NCBI GenBank assembly: GCA_963815455.1
Contig: CAWFGO010000001.1
Location: forward strand, 693,258-757,257
Direction of reading: 5' to 3'
Length of the DNA: 64,000 nucleotides
DNA from: an uncultured Verrucomicrobiae bacterium
Lineage (GTDB): Bacteria; Verrucomicrobiota; Verrucomicrobiia; Chthoniobacterales; UBA10450
Shown: positions 30,823 to 39,963 of the stretch, piece after piece
How positions within the stretch are numbered: the stretch's first letter is position 1
How the letters are laid out: each line of letters opens with the position of its first letter
Notes under the pieces: generated by a model
The model's input: the letters and a program-made list of their open reading frames with translations, nothing else
Database searches by the model: none
Told to the model about the DNA's origin: nothing
Program-made: the position numbers and the translations under genes

Positions 30823-30903
30823 TGCTCGCGAGAGGAGTTGAACCTCCACGGGTTTCCCCATACGGTCCTGAGCCGTACGCGTCTGCCATTCCGCCACGCG
30901 AGC
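30823..30903 (-). tRNA. tRNA-Leu (anticodon CAG)
   Basis: Reverse complement GCTCGCGTGGCGGAATGGCAGACGCGTACGGCTCAGGACCGTATGGGGAAACCCGTGGAGGTTCAACTCCTCTCGCGAGCA. Anticodon stem TACGG/CCGTA with loop CTCAGGA, a long variable arm, and a T loop TTCAACT. Confidence 0.85.
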
Positions 30904-31049
30904 AAATAGGAGCGGCTCCTAAAATGCGCAGCGACCGAAGAGCCGCAAGGCCAAACCGGACCGCAACCTCTGCGAAGCGGCAGGCCCGCCCGAAACCGGA
31001 GCCATCGACCCCGGCCACAGCGAAAGGCAAATCGGGAAACAGCCGGCCG

Positions 31050-33092
31050 CTACCTTCGAATCTTGACTACTGCCTTCCTGAACTTCGCCTTGTTTGAAAG
31101 CACATACCCATTGCCGCTGGTCAGGTTCATCTGGGCGGTCACTTTCTTGGCGTGCGGACTGTTCGCGGTCAATGTGACCGTGCCCGTAGAGGAGCCCGCC
31201 GGAATGGTGACCTGCCCAGGCGTGCCGCTCAATGTATAATCGCTGCCCAGAATCGCGTTCCCGCTCATGGAATAGTGAACCGTGATTGAGCAATTGCCCG
31301 GTCCGTGAATCGACGAAACCGTAAAGGTCGCATTCTGTCCCGCGCTCACCGTTGCCGGCGCGGCCGTCGGGTGAACCTCCAGCGGTGGACAAGACGGCGT
31401 GGGTGAAGGGCACGGACCGAATACGATCGCATCCAGGTTATCGATCGTGGCACCGTGGTCGGTAATGACGCCGCTAGTGGTGTTAATGGTAATGAGATGC
31501 GACGATCCTATACCTTCGACCATTCCCCCGCCGGGGAGATCCGCACCGTAAAGGGTGTCGCTCGGATCAAAGGCCAGCGCGGATATTTTCTGGCTAAACC
31601 CGCCGGACATTGTTGCCACGTTCATGGGAGCCCCTGTTGTGCGATCGATCGTCCGCAGCGGCCCATTATCGCCGCTTCCGGCGAAGTAAATTACATTTGA
31701 CGAATTGGCCCCCAGGCCCGAGCCGCTCGTGCTGAGCCCTGAAGGGCCGACCTCCGTGGCAGCGCCGGTTGCCTTGTTGATCGTGTAAAGGCGGTCGCAA
31801 CCCGGCTCGGCCCAGCCATAGAGCGTCCCATCGGATGCAAACGTCAAATCGGCCATGGTCTCCGGATTGCCCTCGGGTGCTCCACCACCGCCGCCGCATG
31901 TTGCGTTATAAGGACCCACCAGCGTGCCGGCCCCGTTGACCGGATTGATCGTGATCAAATTGCTGGGATTGGAGCCCTCGCGCCCGGTCGAACCGTAGAG
32001 CACACCGGTGGTCGGATCGAAGGCCAGGCCGGTCACGGCAAAGCCGATCGGGCCGACATCCTGCACTACAGAGCCATCGGCTGGATTGAGAATGAAAAGA
32101 TGACAATTTTCATTTCCCCCGGCGCCATCGGCGGCATAGAGAACCCCGCAGTGCCCCCCGCCACCGCCGCCACCGGTAATCTCTCCCTTGAGACAAACTC
32201 CGAATAGAGTATTTCCTCCCCCGCCAGTATCGACGGTTTGAAGCTGGTTATCGGCTCCGCCGGTAGCGATGTCGAATTGGTACAGAACCCCGTTATCGAA
32301 GCTGCCTGTCCAGAATGATGTCCCGTCCGGATCGAGATTGAGCCCGAAAAAAGCGCCGGCGCCGGTGACGGAGTATGTTTGGATGACGGTGCCGCTGGCA
32401 TTCAAGCGCTTCACGTTGCCGCCGTCAGCGACGAGCAGGCCGCCGCTTCCATCAAAAGGAGGCAGCAGGCGGATGGCAAAGGCGTTGCCCGAACCGGGGA
32501 GTGTGACAAAATCGGCGAGCTGTCCCAAAACGGTGTCGTACCGTTTGATGGTGCGACCTTCGCCGGTGTAAAAGAGTGTAGTCTGATTGATCGCCAGGTC
32601 GATCCAATCCGTGCCGCCGGTAAAATCGGCGCCCGCGACCGAGTAAGTCATGACCAGGTTATCTGCGGAGTCGTACTCCAAGATGGCCGCGGCCGAGGGC
32701 CCGCCGACGAAGTAGCCCCCGTTCATCTTGAATGCAATCGACTCGGGACTTGATTGACCCGCAGTAGCAAAGCTCGAACTCATGTGCGGGTCGGCATCGT
32801 CGTATTTCACGATGCGGCCATTTGAGAAATTCGTCGTATACAGCGCGGCCTGGGTTGGGCTAAATCCGCAGCCAGTGGTGAAGCCGCCGAACCCGTCCAT
32901 GATCGTCTCCTTAAACGCTCCGGCATTGCTGTAAACCTTGTAGCTGCCGTTCCCTACCGCCCCGAACACATCGCCAATGACCCAGGCGGCCAGAGACGCC
33001 GGCCTCAGTTGGGGGGTCGAAATGATTAATCCTACAATCCCTAACGCTAACGCTGTGATGCTTAATGCGATTCTGTTTCTCATGTTTCTCAT
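31050..33092 (-). CDS. Large secreted repeat protein (beta-propeller-like body, C-terminal Calx-beta-like domain)
   Basis: ORF 31050..33344 trimmed to the ATG at 33092 (MRNMRNRIALSITALALGIVGLII). Gly/Thr-rich repeats. The C-terminus ...SGNAILGSDYTLSGTPGQVTIPAGSSTGTVTLTA resembles Calx-beta. Confidence 0.65.
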   Translation of the reverse strand: MRNMRNRIALSITALALGIVGLIISTPQLRPASLAAWVIGDVFGAVGNGSYKVYSNAGAFKETIMDGFGGFTTGCGFSPTQAALYTTNFSNGRIVKYDDADPHMSSSFATAGQSSPESIAFKMNGGYFVGGPSAAAILEYDSADNLVMTYSVAGADFTGGTDWIDLAINQTTLFYTGEGRTIKRYDTVLGQLADFVTLPGSGNAFAIRLLPPFDGSGGLLVADGGNVKRLNASGTVIQTYSVTGAGAFFGLNLDPDGTSFWTGSFDNGVLYQFDIATGGADNQLQTVDTGGGGNTLFGVCLKGEITGGGGGGGHCGVLYAADGAGGNENCHLFILNPADGSVVQDVGPIGFAVTGLAFDPTTGVLYGSTGREGSNPSNLITINPVNGAGTLVGPYNATCGGGGGAPEGNPETMADLTFASDGTLYGWAEPGCDRLYTINKATGAATEVGPSGLSTSGSGLGANSSNVIYFAGSGDNGPLRTIDRTTGAPMNVATMSGGFSQKISALAFDPSDTLYGADLPGGGMVEGIGSSHLITINTTSGVITDHGATIDNLDAIVFGPCPSPTPSCPPLEVHPTAAPATVSAGQNATFTVSSIHGPGNCSITVHYSMSGNAILGSDYTLSGTPGQVTIPAGSSTGTVTLTANSPHAKKVTAQMNLTSGNGYVLSNKAKFRKAVVKIRR

Positions 33093-33276
33093 GGCGGATC
33101 CTTTCGTTCGATGTTTGGCCGGAGCGAAATACTCCCGACGCTGCCCCCCGAATCCCCCCCCGGCGTTCGCTCGCATTCTGTTCCGGTTTAGAACGCGTTT
33201 ATCGAATCCGCCCCGATGTGACAAGCAAAATCCGCCGCCTTCGGTTATGCCAGTCTTTACGACGAACAGGGAGCTT

Positions 33277-34323
33277 TCAGGGGTGACCGGCGCTGAGCAC
33301 GGCCGCTCCCTCCAGTTTTCCGGAACGAAATCTCTCGATCGCAATGTTGGCGTCTTCGAGTCGAAACGTTTCCGCTTTTGCTTTTATCGGCACCCGCGGC
33401 GCGATCTTAAAAAATTCCTCGCCGTCTTGCCTTGTTAAATTTGCGACGGACGTGATCACGCGCTCCTCCCAGAGATCAGCATAGGGAAACGACGGGATGT
33501 CGCTCATGTGAATGCCGCCGCACACCACCACGCCACCTTTGGCCAGCGCGTGGAGCGCCGCGGGAACAAGCGGCCCGACCGATGCAAAGATGATCGCGGC
33601 ATCGAGTTTTTGCGGCGGCGTTTCATCGGAGCCGCCAGCCCACACCGCGCCTAGTTCTTTCGCCGATTCCTGCGTTGCTCTGTCGCCCGGCCGGGTAAAG
33701 GCAAAAACCTCGCGACCCTCATGCAGCGCAATCTGCGCGATCAAGTGCGCGGCATTGCCAAATCCATAGATGCCAAGCCGGCGGGCGTCACCCGTTTTTC
33801 GATACGAACGATAGCCGATCAATCCCGCACACAACAGCGGCGCAACAGCCGCCTCCGCCGAGGCTCCGGCGCCCAAGTCGACATCGAAAAGCGCGTCAGG
33901 CAAGTGAAAACAGTAGCGCGCATCAGCCACAGTGAACTCGGCATATCCGCCGTCGACGGTATAGCCCGTGAATTTCGCACGGTCGCAAAGATTCTCCCGG
34001 TTCGATCGGCAATAGACGCAGTCGCCATCAGTCCACCCAAGCCACGGAATGCCGACGCGATCTCCGATCGCGAATGTCGAAGCTCGAATGCCGAATGACG
34101 AAGGAATCTCGGGGCCAATTTCCTCAATGCGGCCGACAATTTGATGTCCGAGAATGAGCGGCAGTTTCGGTTCGGGCAATTCACCATCGACAATGTGCAA
34201 ATCGGTCCGGCAAACCGCGCACGCCGCCACCCGCACTAGCAACTGTCCCTTTCCTGGTTTCGGTTTCGGAACATCGCGCAGTTCGAGGGGTCGCCCCGGC
34301 TTCTCAAAAACCATCGCACGCAT
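33277..34323 (-). CDS. Zinc-dependent alcohol dehydrogenase family protein
   Basis: ORF 33277..34494 trimmed to the ATG at 34323 (MRAMVFEKPG...). Catalytic and structural Zn sites (CAVCRTDLH, GHQIVG, C..C..NLC) and a GxGxxA NAD fold (IYGFGNAAH). Confidence 0.85.
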   Translation of the reverse strand: MRAMVFEKPGRPLELRDVPKPKPGKGQLLVRVAACAVCRTDLHIVDGELPEPKLPLILGHQIVGRIEEIGPEIPSSFGIRASTFAIGDRVGIPWLGWTDGDCVYCRSNRENLCDRAKFTGYTVDGGYAEFTVADARYCFHLPDALFDVDLGAGASAEAAVAPLLCAGLIGYRSYRKTGDARRLGIYGFGNAAHLIAQIALHEGREVFAFTRPGDRATQESAKELGAVWAGGSDETPPQKLDAAIIFASVGPLVPAALHALAKGGVVVCGGIHMSDIPSFPYADLWEERVITSVANLTRQDGEEFFKIAPRVPIKAKAETFRLEDANIAIERFRSGKLEGAAVLSAGHP

Positions 34324-34333
34324 GTCGATCTTC

Positions 34334-35377
34334 CTAATTCGATGTTGGATGTTCGGCGTTGGACGTTCGGCGTTTTCTTTTTCGCTGCAACCCCGCTTTC
34401 TCTTCAGATGAAAGAAACGCTGCCTCCAGCGCGTTGATTTGTGCCTGCCGGATTTGTTCCCGCGAAAGCCCGGCCCCGGTCGCAGCGACTTCAAACTCGT
34501 GCCGCAAATCGATCGCGCTTACGCCCGGATCATCCGTGTTGATCGATGCCAGCAAACCGCGTTCGAGCATTTCGCGCAATGGATGACTCGCCAGGTCCGG
34601 CACGGTGCTCGTCTGCAAATTGCTGGTCAGGTTTGCTTCGATCCCGATTCGGCTCTCCCGAAGAAAATCCACCAGCGCCGCGTCTTCCATCGCCCGCACA
34701 CCGTGGCCGATTCGCTCCGCGCCGAGCAAGCGGACCGCGTCCCATACGCTTTCCGGTCCGGCGCTTTCACCCGCATGAACCGTGACCCGCCAGCCGGCGT
34801 CGCGTCCTCGCCGGAAATGTTCGGTGAAAAGTTTCGCGGGAAATTTGGCTTCGTCACCGGCAAGATCGAGAGCGATGATCTGCTCGGGCCGGGTGAGCAA
34901 GGCATCGAGTTCTTTTTGGGCAATCTCCGGACCGTATGTGCGGCTAAGAATTCCGATCAAATTTACCCGAACCCCGGTAGCCTGCGCGCCTTCGGCCGCA
35001 CCTTCAACCACCGCGGCTACTACCCGGGCGGGACCGAGCCGGTGTGGTTCGGCCATGAACCATGGGCTAAACCGCAGCTCGATGTAATCGATCCCTTCGC
35101 GTTTCGCGTCCTCCACGTTTTCGCGGGCAATTCGCCGGCAGGCGTCGGCATCGCCCAGCACCGCTGTCATCCAAAGCATTTTCCCGATAAAGGCCATCAC
35201 GCCCGGTTGACGCTCGATCACCTGCACATGTGGCCGCAATTCCTCGATCGTAGTGCCGGGCAATTTAACTCGGTGGCGTTTGCCCAACTCCAGGATCGTA
35301 GCCAATCGGACGCTCCCGTCGATGTGCCGGTGCAAATCGATCAACGGAAAATTCCTATCGATATTCGATTCGCTCAT
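34334..35377 (-). CDS. add: Adenosine deaminase
   Basis: [13 protein letters not shown] (HxH metal site), [15 protein letters not shown]. Confidence 0.9.
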   Translation of the reverse strand: MSESNIDRNFPLIDLHRHIDGSVRLATILELGKRHRVKLPGTTIEELRPHVQVIERQPGVMAFIGKMLWMTAVLGDADACRRIARENVEDAKREGIDYIELRFSPWFMAEPHRLGPARVVAAVVEGAAEGAQATGVRVNLIGILSRTYGPEIAQKELDALLTRPEQIIALDLAGDEAKFPAKLFTEHFRRGRDAGWRVTVHAGESAGPESVWDAVRLLGAERIGHGVRAMEDAALVDFLRESRIGIEANLTSNLQTSTVPDLASHPLREMLERGLLASINTDDPGVSAIDLRHEFEVAATGAGLSREQIRQAQINALEAAFLSSEEKAGLQRKRKRRTSNAEHPTSN

Positions 35378-35427
35378 CGCCCATGAAATTCATAACCGCA
35401 GATGACGCGGATATCACGGACTAACGT

Positions 35428-35498
35428 CAAGGCGGGCCAGCCACGCCGCGCCGACCGAAGGCGGGCCTGCCACGCCGTAGCCTCGGCGAAGGCGGGTT
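35428..35498. repeat. Family-B repeat cluster: three tandem (c/g)aaggcggg units about 29-31 bp apart
   Basis: caaggcgggccagccacgccg / cgaaggcgggcctgccacgccgtag / cgaaggcgggttgag. Shares gaaggcggg and ccacgccgtag with 14292..14392. Confidence 0.6.
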
Positions 35499-35533
35499 GA
35501 GAGGCGCAATTCCTGCGGTAGAATGTTTCCAGG

Positions 35534-35749
35534 ATGCTTGAGACGATTATCGGGTGCTTAAAATGGGCCGTCGTCGGGTTCATCGTGGCGTTCGCGCTGA
35601 TGAAACTTTACGAGGCCAGCCACATTTACGACGACATCCCGAAGCCTGAATTCAAGGTCCGGCAAGCCAAACGCGCCGCTTTGGTGCTTTCCACTTTTGC
35701 CGCCATGCTCTCGGCCCTTGTCTGGTTGCTCGTGCAGGCGTGGGACTGA
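35534..35749 (+). CDS. Hypothetical small two-TM membrane protein
   Basis: ATG-started 71-aa ORF with two hydrophobic helices (WAVVGFIVAFALM, LVLSTFAAMLSALVWLLV). Confidence 0.45.
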   Translation: MLETIIGCLKWAVVGFIVAFALMKLYEASHIYDDIPKPEFKVRQAKRAALVLSTFAAMLSALVWLLVQAWD

Positions 35750-35762
35750 GGCCAGAGGAAAC

Positions 35763-36119
35763 TCATCGGTGAGGCATTGCGATCGAGTACGTAACCAGCG
35801 CGCAAACCGCCACCATTCCGATCATGGCAAAGATGAATATTCCATCGGCGAATCGTTCCAACCGATGCATCCTCTTCGATCCGCGTGAGCGAAGTGCCCA
35901 GTAGGAAAGAAGGCAGGACATCAGAAATAGCAGCGCGTCCATTGCCAGGACATCATCGGCAAGTGTGTCGGCGCTTCCGAGTGTAATAACGACCCGGATC
36001 AGCCCGATAACAGTCAGACAGACACCGACCATGGCTGAGGAAACGGTAAAAATGTGGATGCAAATGTCCTGTTCGAGGCGGTTGTCTTGGTTCCTCCGCC
36101 GCTCTGGCCCTGATTTCAT
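35763..36119 (-). CDS. Hypothetical integral membrane protein
   Basis: ORF 35763..36317 trimmed to the ATG at 36119, because the longer form overlaps the next gene's start. Three or four TM helices. Confidence 0.5.
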   Translation of the reverse strand: MKSGPERRRNQDNRLEQDICIHIFTVSSAMVGVCLTVIGLIRVVITLGSADTLADDVLAMDALLFLMSCLLSYWALRSRGSKRMHRLERFADGIFIFAMIGMVAVCALVTYSIAMPHR

Positions 36120-36218
36120 GGATTCGGTGTTTTTGGACAACGGACGAATCCGTCCGTTCAGTGAATTGCCTGCTGCAATCTTGCTCTTGCTGATGCTCTT
36201 GCTCACTCTCCTGGAAGC

Positions 36219-37595
36219 GTGAAATTTATTAACCTGACGCGCCGCACCGAAATCGGCGCCAATTCGTATTACATCGAGCTCGGCGGACGCGGCATCGTGC
36301 TCGATAGCGGAATGCATCCGAAAGAGGCCGGGGAAGATGCGTTGCCCAATTTCAAACCGATCCGGGATCGGCAGATCGACGCAGTCCTAATCTCGCACGC
36401 GCACCAGGACCACATCGGCACGCTGCCGGTGCTGATGCAGCGCCAGCCCGATGCCCGCGTTTTTATGACCGAACCGACGGCCGAGATCGGCGACGCGCTT
36501 CTGCATAATTCGGTCAATGTGATGATGCGGCAGCGCGAAGAGCTTGGCGCAGTTTTATACCCCCTCTTCACTCATCGCGGAGTCGATCGCGCATCCGATC
36601 TTTGGCGATCGTGCCCGATGCGACAGCCGATTTCGATCACTGGCGACCGCGCTTCTGCTCGCGACCCGGACGATCTAGTGTTTGAGTTTTACGACGCGGG
36701 TCATGTTCTCGGCTCCGCTGGAATTCTGCTCCGGGCCGAGGGTCGCGCGATCTTCTACACCGGCGACGTAAACTTCGACGATCAAACGATCATGCAGGCG
36801 GCGGTTTTTCCAAAGGAGAAGATCGACATCCTGATCATGGAATGCACCCGTGGCGACCATGCTCAGGACCCGGGCTGGACGCGCGCCGGGGAGGAACGAC
36901 GTCTGGCCGAGGCGATCGGCGAAGCGTTCCAGCGCGGTGGTTGCGTGCTCATTCCGGTGTTCGCTTTGGGCAAAACCCAGGAATTGCTCGCGATGCTTTA
37001 CAAATTTCGGCGCGAAGGAGTGCTGAGCGAGTTCCCGATTTACATCGGCGGCCTCAGCTCGAAGATGACCGATATTTACGATCGCCGCGCCGCCATGAGC
37101 CGGCGGCAACTGCCCCGGTTGCAATTAATGCATGAACCCGGGCCGTTCATTCTGAATGGAGAGAGTATTCGCGACGCTCCCGCGCGCGCCGGCCGGGTTT
37201 ACGCGCTCTCCAGCGGAATGATGACTCCGAAAACGCTTTCCAATATTTTCGCGCGTCGCGTCATTGAAAACCTGCAGCACTCAGTCTTTTTTGTTGGCTA
37301 CGCCGACCCGGCATCCCCAGCCGGCCTTCTGCGCGACGCGCCGCAAGGCGGCGAAGTCGCTCTCGATCCCGACGAACCCGCGCAGCGCATCCGCTGCAAT
37401 CTCAAGCAGTTTCAATTTAGCGCCCACGCCTCGCGGGAAGCGCTGATCGATTACGCCAAAGAACTTTCCCCGAAGAAAATCGTCCTCATCCACGGCGATC
37501 CGCCCGCGGTTGAATGGATGCGATCAACGCTCAGCGCCGGCTTGCCAAACACGGAAGTGATCGTGCCGACACCTGGTATGGAATTGGAACTGTAG
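36219..37595 (+). CDS. MBL-fold / beta-CASP family hydrolase (RNA-metabolising nuclease type)
   Basis: GTG start. HAHQDHIG (HxHxDH), later D/H motifs (DAGHVLGS, ECTRGD), and LIHGDP at the C-terminus, as in beta-CASP nucleases. Confidence 0.85.
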   Translation: MKFINLTRRTEIGANSYYIELGGRGIVLDSGMHPKEAGEDALPNFKPIRDRQIDAVLISHAHQDHIGTLPVLMQRQPDARVFMTEPTAEIGDALLHNSVNVMMRQREELGAVLYPLFTHRGVDRASDLWRSCPMRQPISITGDRASARDPDDLVFEFYDAGHVLGSAGILLRAEGRAIFYTGDVNFDDQTIMQAAVFPKEKIDILIMECTRGDHAQDPGWTRAGEERRLAEAIGEAFQRGGCVLIPVFALGKTQELLAMLYKFRREGVLSEFPIYIGGLSSKMTDIYDRRAAMSRRQLPRLQLMHEPGPFILNGESIRDAPARAGRVYALSSGMMTPKTLSNIFARRVIENLQHSVFFVGYADPASPAGLLRDAPQGGEVALDPDEPAQRIRCNLKQFQFSAHASREALIDYAKELSPKKIVLIHGDPPAVEWMRSTLSAGLPNTEVIVPTPGMELEL

Positions 37596-37600
37596 TCTCG

Positions 37601-37692
37601 GTCATCCTGAGCGAAGCGCAGCGAAGTCGAAGGATCCCGTTGCCTACCTTTAAGAAAACGCCACGGGATCCCTCGGCTACGCTCGGGGTGAC
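37601..37692. repeat. Family-A palindromic intergenic repeat, full copy (~92 bp)
   Basis: gtcatcctgagcgaagcgcagcgaagtcgaaggatcccgt...cgggatccctcggctacgctcggggtgac. Fills almost the entire 99-bp spacer between convergent stops at 37595 (+) and 37695 (-). Confidence 0.75.
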
Positions 37693-37694
37693 AG

Positions 37695-38405
37695 TTACTC
37701 CCTCGCCCCGCCCGTCATCGGAACAAACCGAACAGGAAAAAGCGCGCCTTCGCGCAGCTCGCCGTTTCGTTTTTCCAGGAGATACAACTCCTGAGCGACC
37801 CGATCCCCCACCGGAATAATCATGCGCCCACCCTCTTTCAGTTGTTCGACCAGTCGCCGCGGCACATGATCCGGCGCGCAGGTTACAATAATCGCGTCGA
37901 ATGGCGCCATTTCCGGCCAGCCTTTGTAACCGTCTCCCGCTTTTGCGTGAACGTTCCTGTATCCTAGGCGCTGAAGCGTCGCCTGCGCGGTTTGCAGCAG
38001 TGGCTCGACAATTTCAATCGAGTAAACCTCGGCCACCAGCTCGGCGAGAATCGCAGCTTGATAACCGGAGCCTGTGCCAACTTCCAGAACTCGATCGTTA
38101 GGCAACAGCCGCAATTTTTCGGTCATCAAAGCAACGATGTATGGTTGCGAGATCGTCTGACCGTAACCGATCGGCAACGGCCCATCCGAGTAGCTCGCAC
38201 CGCGCATCTCTCGCGGCACAAACTCTTCCCGCGGCACCTTCGACATCGCCGCCAGCACGCGCTCGTCGCCAATATCGCGCGCCATCAATTGTTCCTGCAC
38301 CATTCGTTGCCGCTCGGCCGCGAACTCGCCGGCCGGCGTCGGATCACGGTGGCACCCCGGACAGACCAGCAACGCGAGCGCAATGCATAGCTGAACCGGT
38401 CGCAT
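37695..38405 (-). CDS. pcm: Protein-L-isoaspartate O-methyltransferase with an N-terminal signal-like hydrophobic segment
   Basis: ORF 37695..38576 trimmed to the ATG at 38405 (MRPVQLCIALALLVCPGC). TISQPYIVALM, and LEVGTGSGYQAAILA as the SAM motif. Confidence 0.9.
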   Translation of the reverse strand: MRPVQLCIALALLVCPGCHRDPTPAGEFAAERQRMVQEQLMARDIGDERVLAAMSKVPREEFVPREMRGASYSDGPLPIGYGQTISQPYIVALMTEKLRLLPNDRVLEVGTGSGYQAAILAELVAEVYSIEIVEPLLQTAQATLQRLGYRNVHAKAGDGYKGWPEMAPFDAIIVTCAPDHVPRRLVEQLKEGGRMIIPVGDRVAQELYLLEKRNGELREGALFPVRFVPMTGGARE

Positions 38406-38418
38406 GCCACACCCTCTT

Positions 38419-38447
38419 GTCATTCCGAGCGAAGTCGAGGAACCTCT
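38419..38447. repeat. Family-A repeat, solo left arm
   Basis: gtcattccgagcgaagtcgaggaacctc matches the left arm of the copies at 4561 and 37601. Lies in the divergent pcm/HTTM spacer. Confidence 0.55.
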
Positions 38448-38458
38448 AGCTGTTTTCT

Positions 38459-39934
38459 GTGAAGGAAAAACGCAGCACCCTTGAGCAATCCCGGTTCCGA
38501 GGATTGCCCGGAACGATTCTCGATCGCGCATTCGCGAAGATCGACATCGCCTCGCTCGTTTTTTTTCGAATCGCATTCGGTCTATTGATGATTTGGATGG
38601 TGGCGCGGGTGTGGAACCGCGGTCTGATTGCAGCGTGGTGGATCAACGCGCATTTCCATTTCAAATACGCCGGATTTTCCTGGGTGGAACCGTGGCCGGG
38701 GAACGGACTTTACATTCACTGGATCGTTCTCGGCGTTCTCGCTTTGTTCATCGCGGTCGGGTTTCTCTACCGCATCAGTGCCGCGCTCTTTTGTCTTAGC
38801 CACACTTATTTCTTCCTGCTCGATCAAGGCCGTTACGTAAATCACACCTACCTCATTTGCCTCTTCAGCTTTCTCCTGATCTTTGTCCCGGCCCATCGCG
38901 CATTCTCGATCGATGTCTGGCTCAATCCGAAGCTGCGCTCACAGACCGCGCCCATGTGGTCGCTCTGGCTGCTACGGATGCAAATGGCGGTGGTCTATTT
39001 TTTTGCCGGCATCGCCAAGATCACGCCCGACTGGTTCCAGGGCGAACCGATGCGATTTTGGCTGGACCGGCGCGCGCATTTTCCGGTGTTCGATCACTTC
39101 TTCCATGAGGAGTGGGCAGTCTACGCCGCGAGTTACGGCTCGCTCCTGCTCGATCTGTCTCTGGCGCCATTCCTTTTCTGGCGACGAACCCGGGTGCCGG
39201 CGTTTTTCGCCGCGGTTACTTTTCATCTCTTGAACGAATGGATTTTCCCGCTCGACATCTTTCCCTGGCTGGCGATCGCCGCGACTACGCTGTTTCTTTC
39301 GCCGAGTTGGCCGCGGCGGGTTTTCTCACGACGACAGAGCGACGAACTCCCGACCTTGATTCCCAAGTCACCCGCGTTCTGTGCCGTGGCTACAACGAGC
39401 GAGCTGCCAGCTACATGGAAGCAAAAGTTGGTGCTGAGTTTCGTGACGATCTACGTGGCAATCCAAATATTGGTCCCGCTGCGCAATTTCCTTCATCGCG
39501 GCGGGATTGAATGGACTTACATGGAACACCGTTTCAGCTGGCAGATGATGCTGCGGGTCGACGCGATGGCCACATACATTTACGTCACCGATCCCAATTC
39601 GGGACGCACGTTGGAGATTCGACCGAGAAAGTATCTCGATTCGCAACAGATGCGGCGCATGGGCTGGCGGCCCGACATGGTTTGGCAGTTTGTCCGTTTT
39701 CTCGGCCGCTCGATACCGCATCTCGGCCCCAAACCGCTTCAAATAGAAACGCGCATGCTCGTTTCCATCAACGGACGCAAGCCGCAGCTCTTTCTCGATC
39801 CCACTGTCGATCTTGTCGCCGAACCGCGCCCCTGGGCCCGGCCCCGCTGGCTTCTGCAAATCAATGACCCGCTCCCGCCTCTTGAAGAACGCCTCTCATC
39901 CAGGCCGCGCCCAGCGAGTACCGAGGACGACTAA
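38459..39934 (+). CDS. HTTM-domain membrane protein (vitamin-K-dependent gamma-carboxylase-like)
   Basis: N-terminal KIDIASLVFFRIAFGLLMIWMV is typical of HTTM, with many TM helices. The C-terminal luminal-type domain (FSWQMMLRVDAM...) matches my recollection of full-length VKGC homologues. Confidence 0.75.
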   Translation: MKEKRSTLEQSRFRGLPGTILDRAFAKIDIASLVFFRIAFGLLMIWMVARVWNRGLIAAWWINAHFHFKYAGFSWVEPWPGNGLYIHWIVLGVLALFIAVGFLYRISAALFCLSHTYFFLLDQGRYVNHTYLICLFSFLLIFVPAHRAFSIDVWLNPKLRSQTAPMWSLWLLRMQMAVVYFFAGIAKITPDWFQGEPMRFWLDRRAHFPVFDHFFHEEWAVYAASYGSLLLDLSLAPFLFWRRTRVPAFFAAVTFHLLNEWIFPLDIFPWLAIAATTLFLSPSWPRRVFSRRQSDELPTLIPKSPAFCAVATTSELPATWKQKLVLSFVTIYVAIQILVPLRNFLHRGGIEWTYMEHRFSWQMMLRVDAMATYIYVTDPNSGRTLEIRPRKYLDSQQMRRMGWRPDMVWQFVRFLGRSIPHLGPKPLQIETRMLVSINGRKPQLFLDPTVDLVAEPRPWARPRWLLQINDPLPPLEERLSSRPRPASTEDD

Positions 39935-39935
39935 A

Positions 39936-39957
39936 TTCTTCGTGTCTTTCGTGGTGG
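39936..39957. repeat. Family-C short repeat (ttcttcgtgtcYttcgtgg)
   Basis: ttcttcgtgtctttcgtggtgg sits directly after the HTTM stop. A longer version is at 44354..44383. Confidence 0.55.
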
Positions 39958-39963
39958 AAAGAA

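Noticed and set aside
34439-35386. 315-aa plus-strand ORF opposite add. Similar cases: 57339..58397 opposite the PP2C gene, 60211..61059 opposite the MBL exonuclease, 55184..55846, 28504..29223 and 41803..42552.
   Set aside because: All are antisense to genes with clear family signatures, and none shows a motif of its own.
35428-35498. Three evenly spaced repeats considered as a mini-CRISPR or an operator array for add
   Set aside because: There are only three degenerate ~15-25-nt units with about 30-nt periodicity and no cas genes. The motif recurs in a different arrangement at 14292-14392, which fits an interspersed repeat family better.
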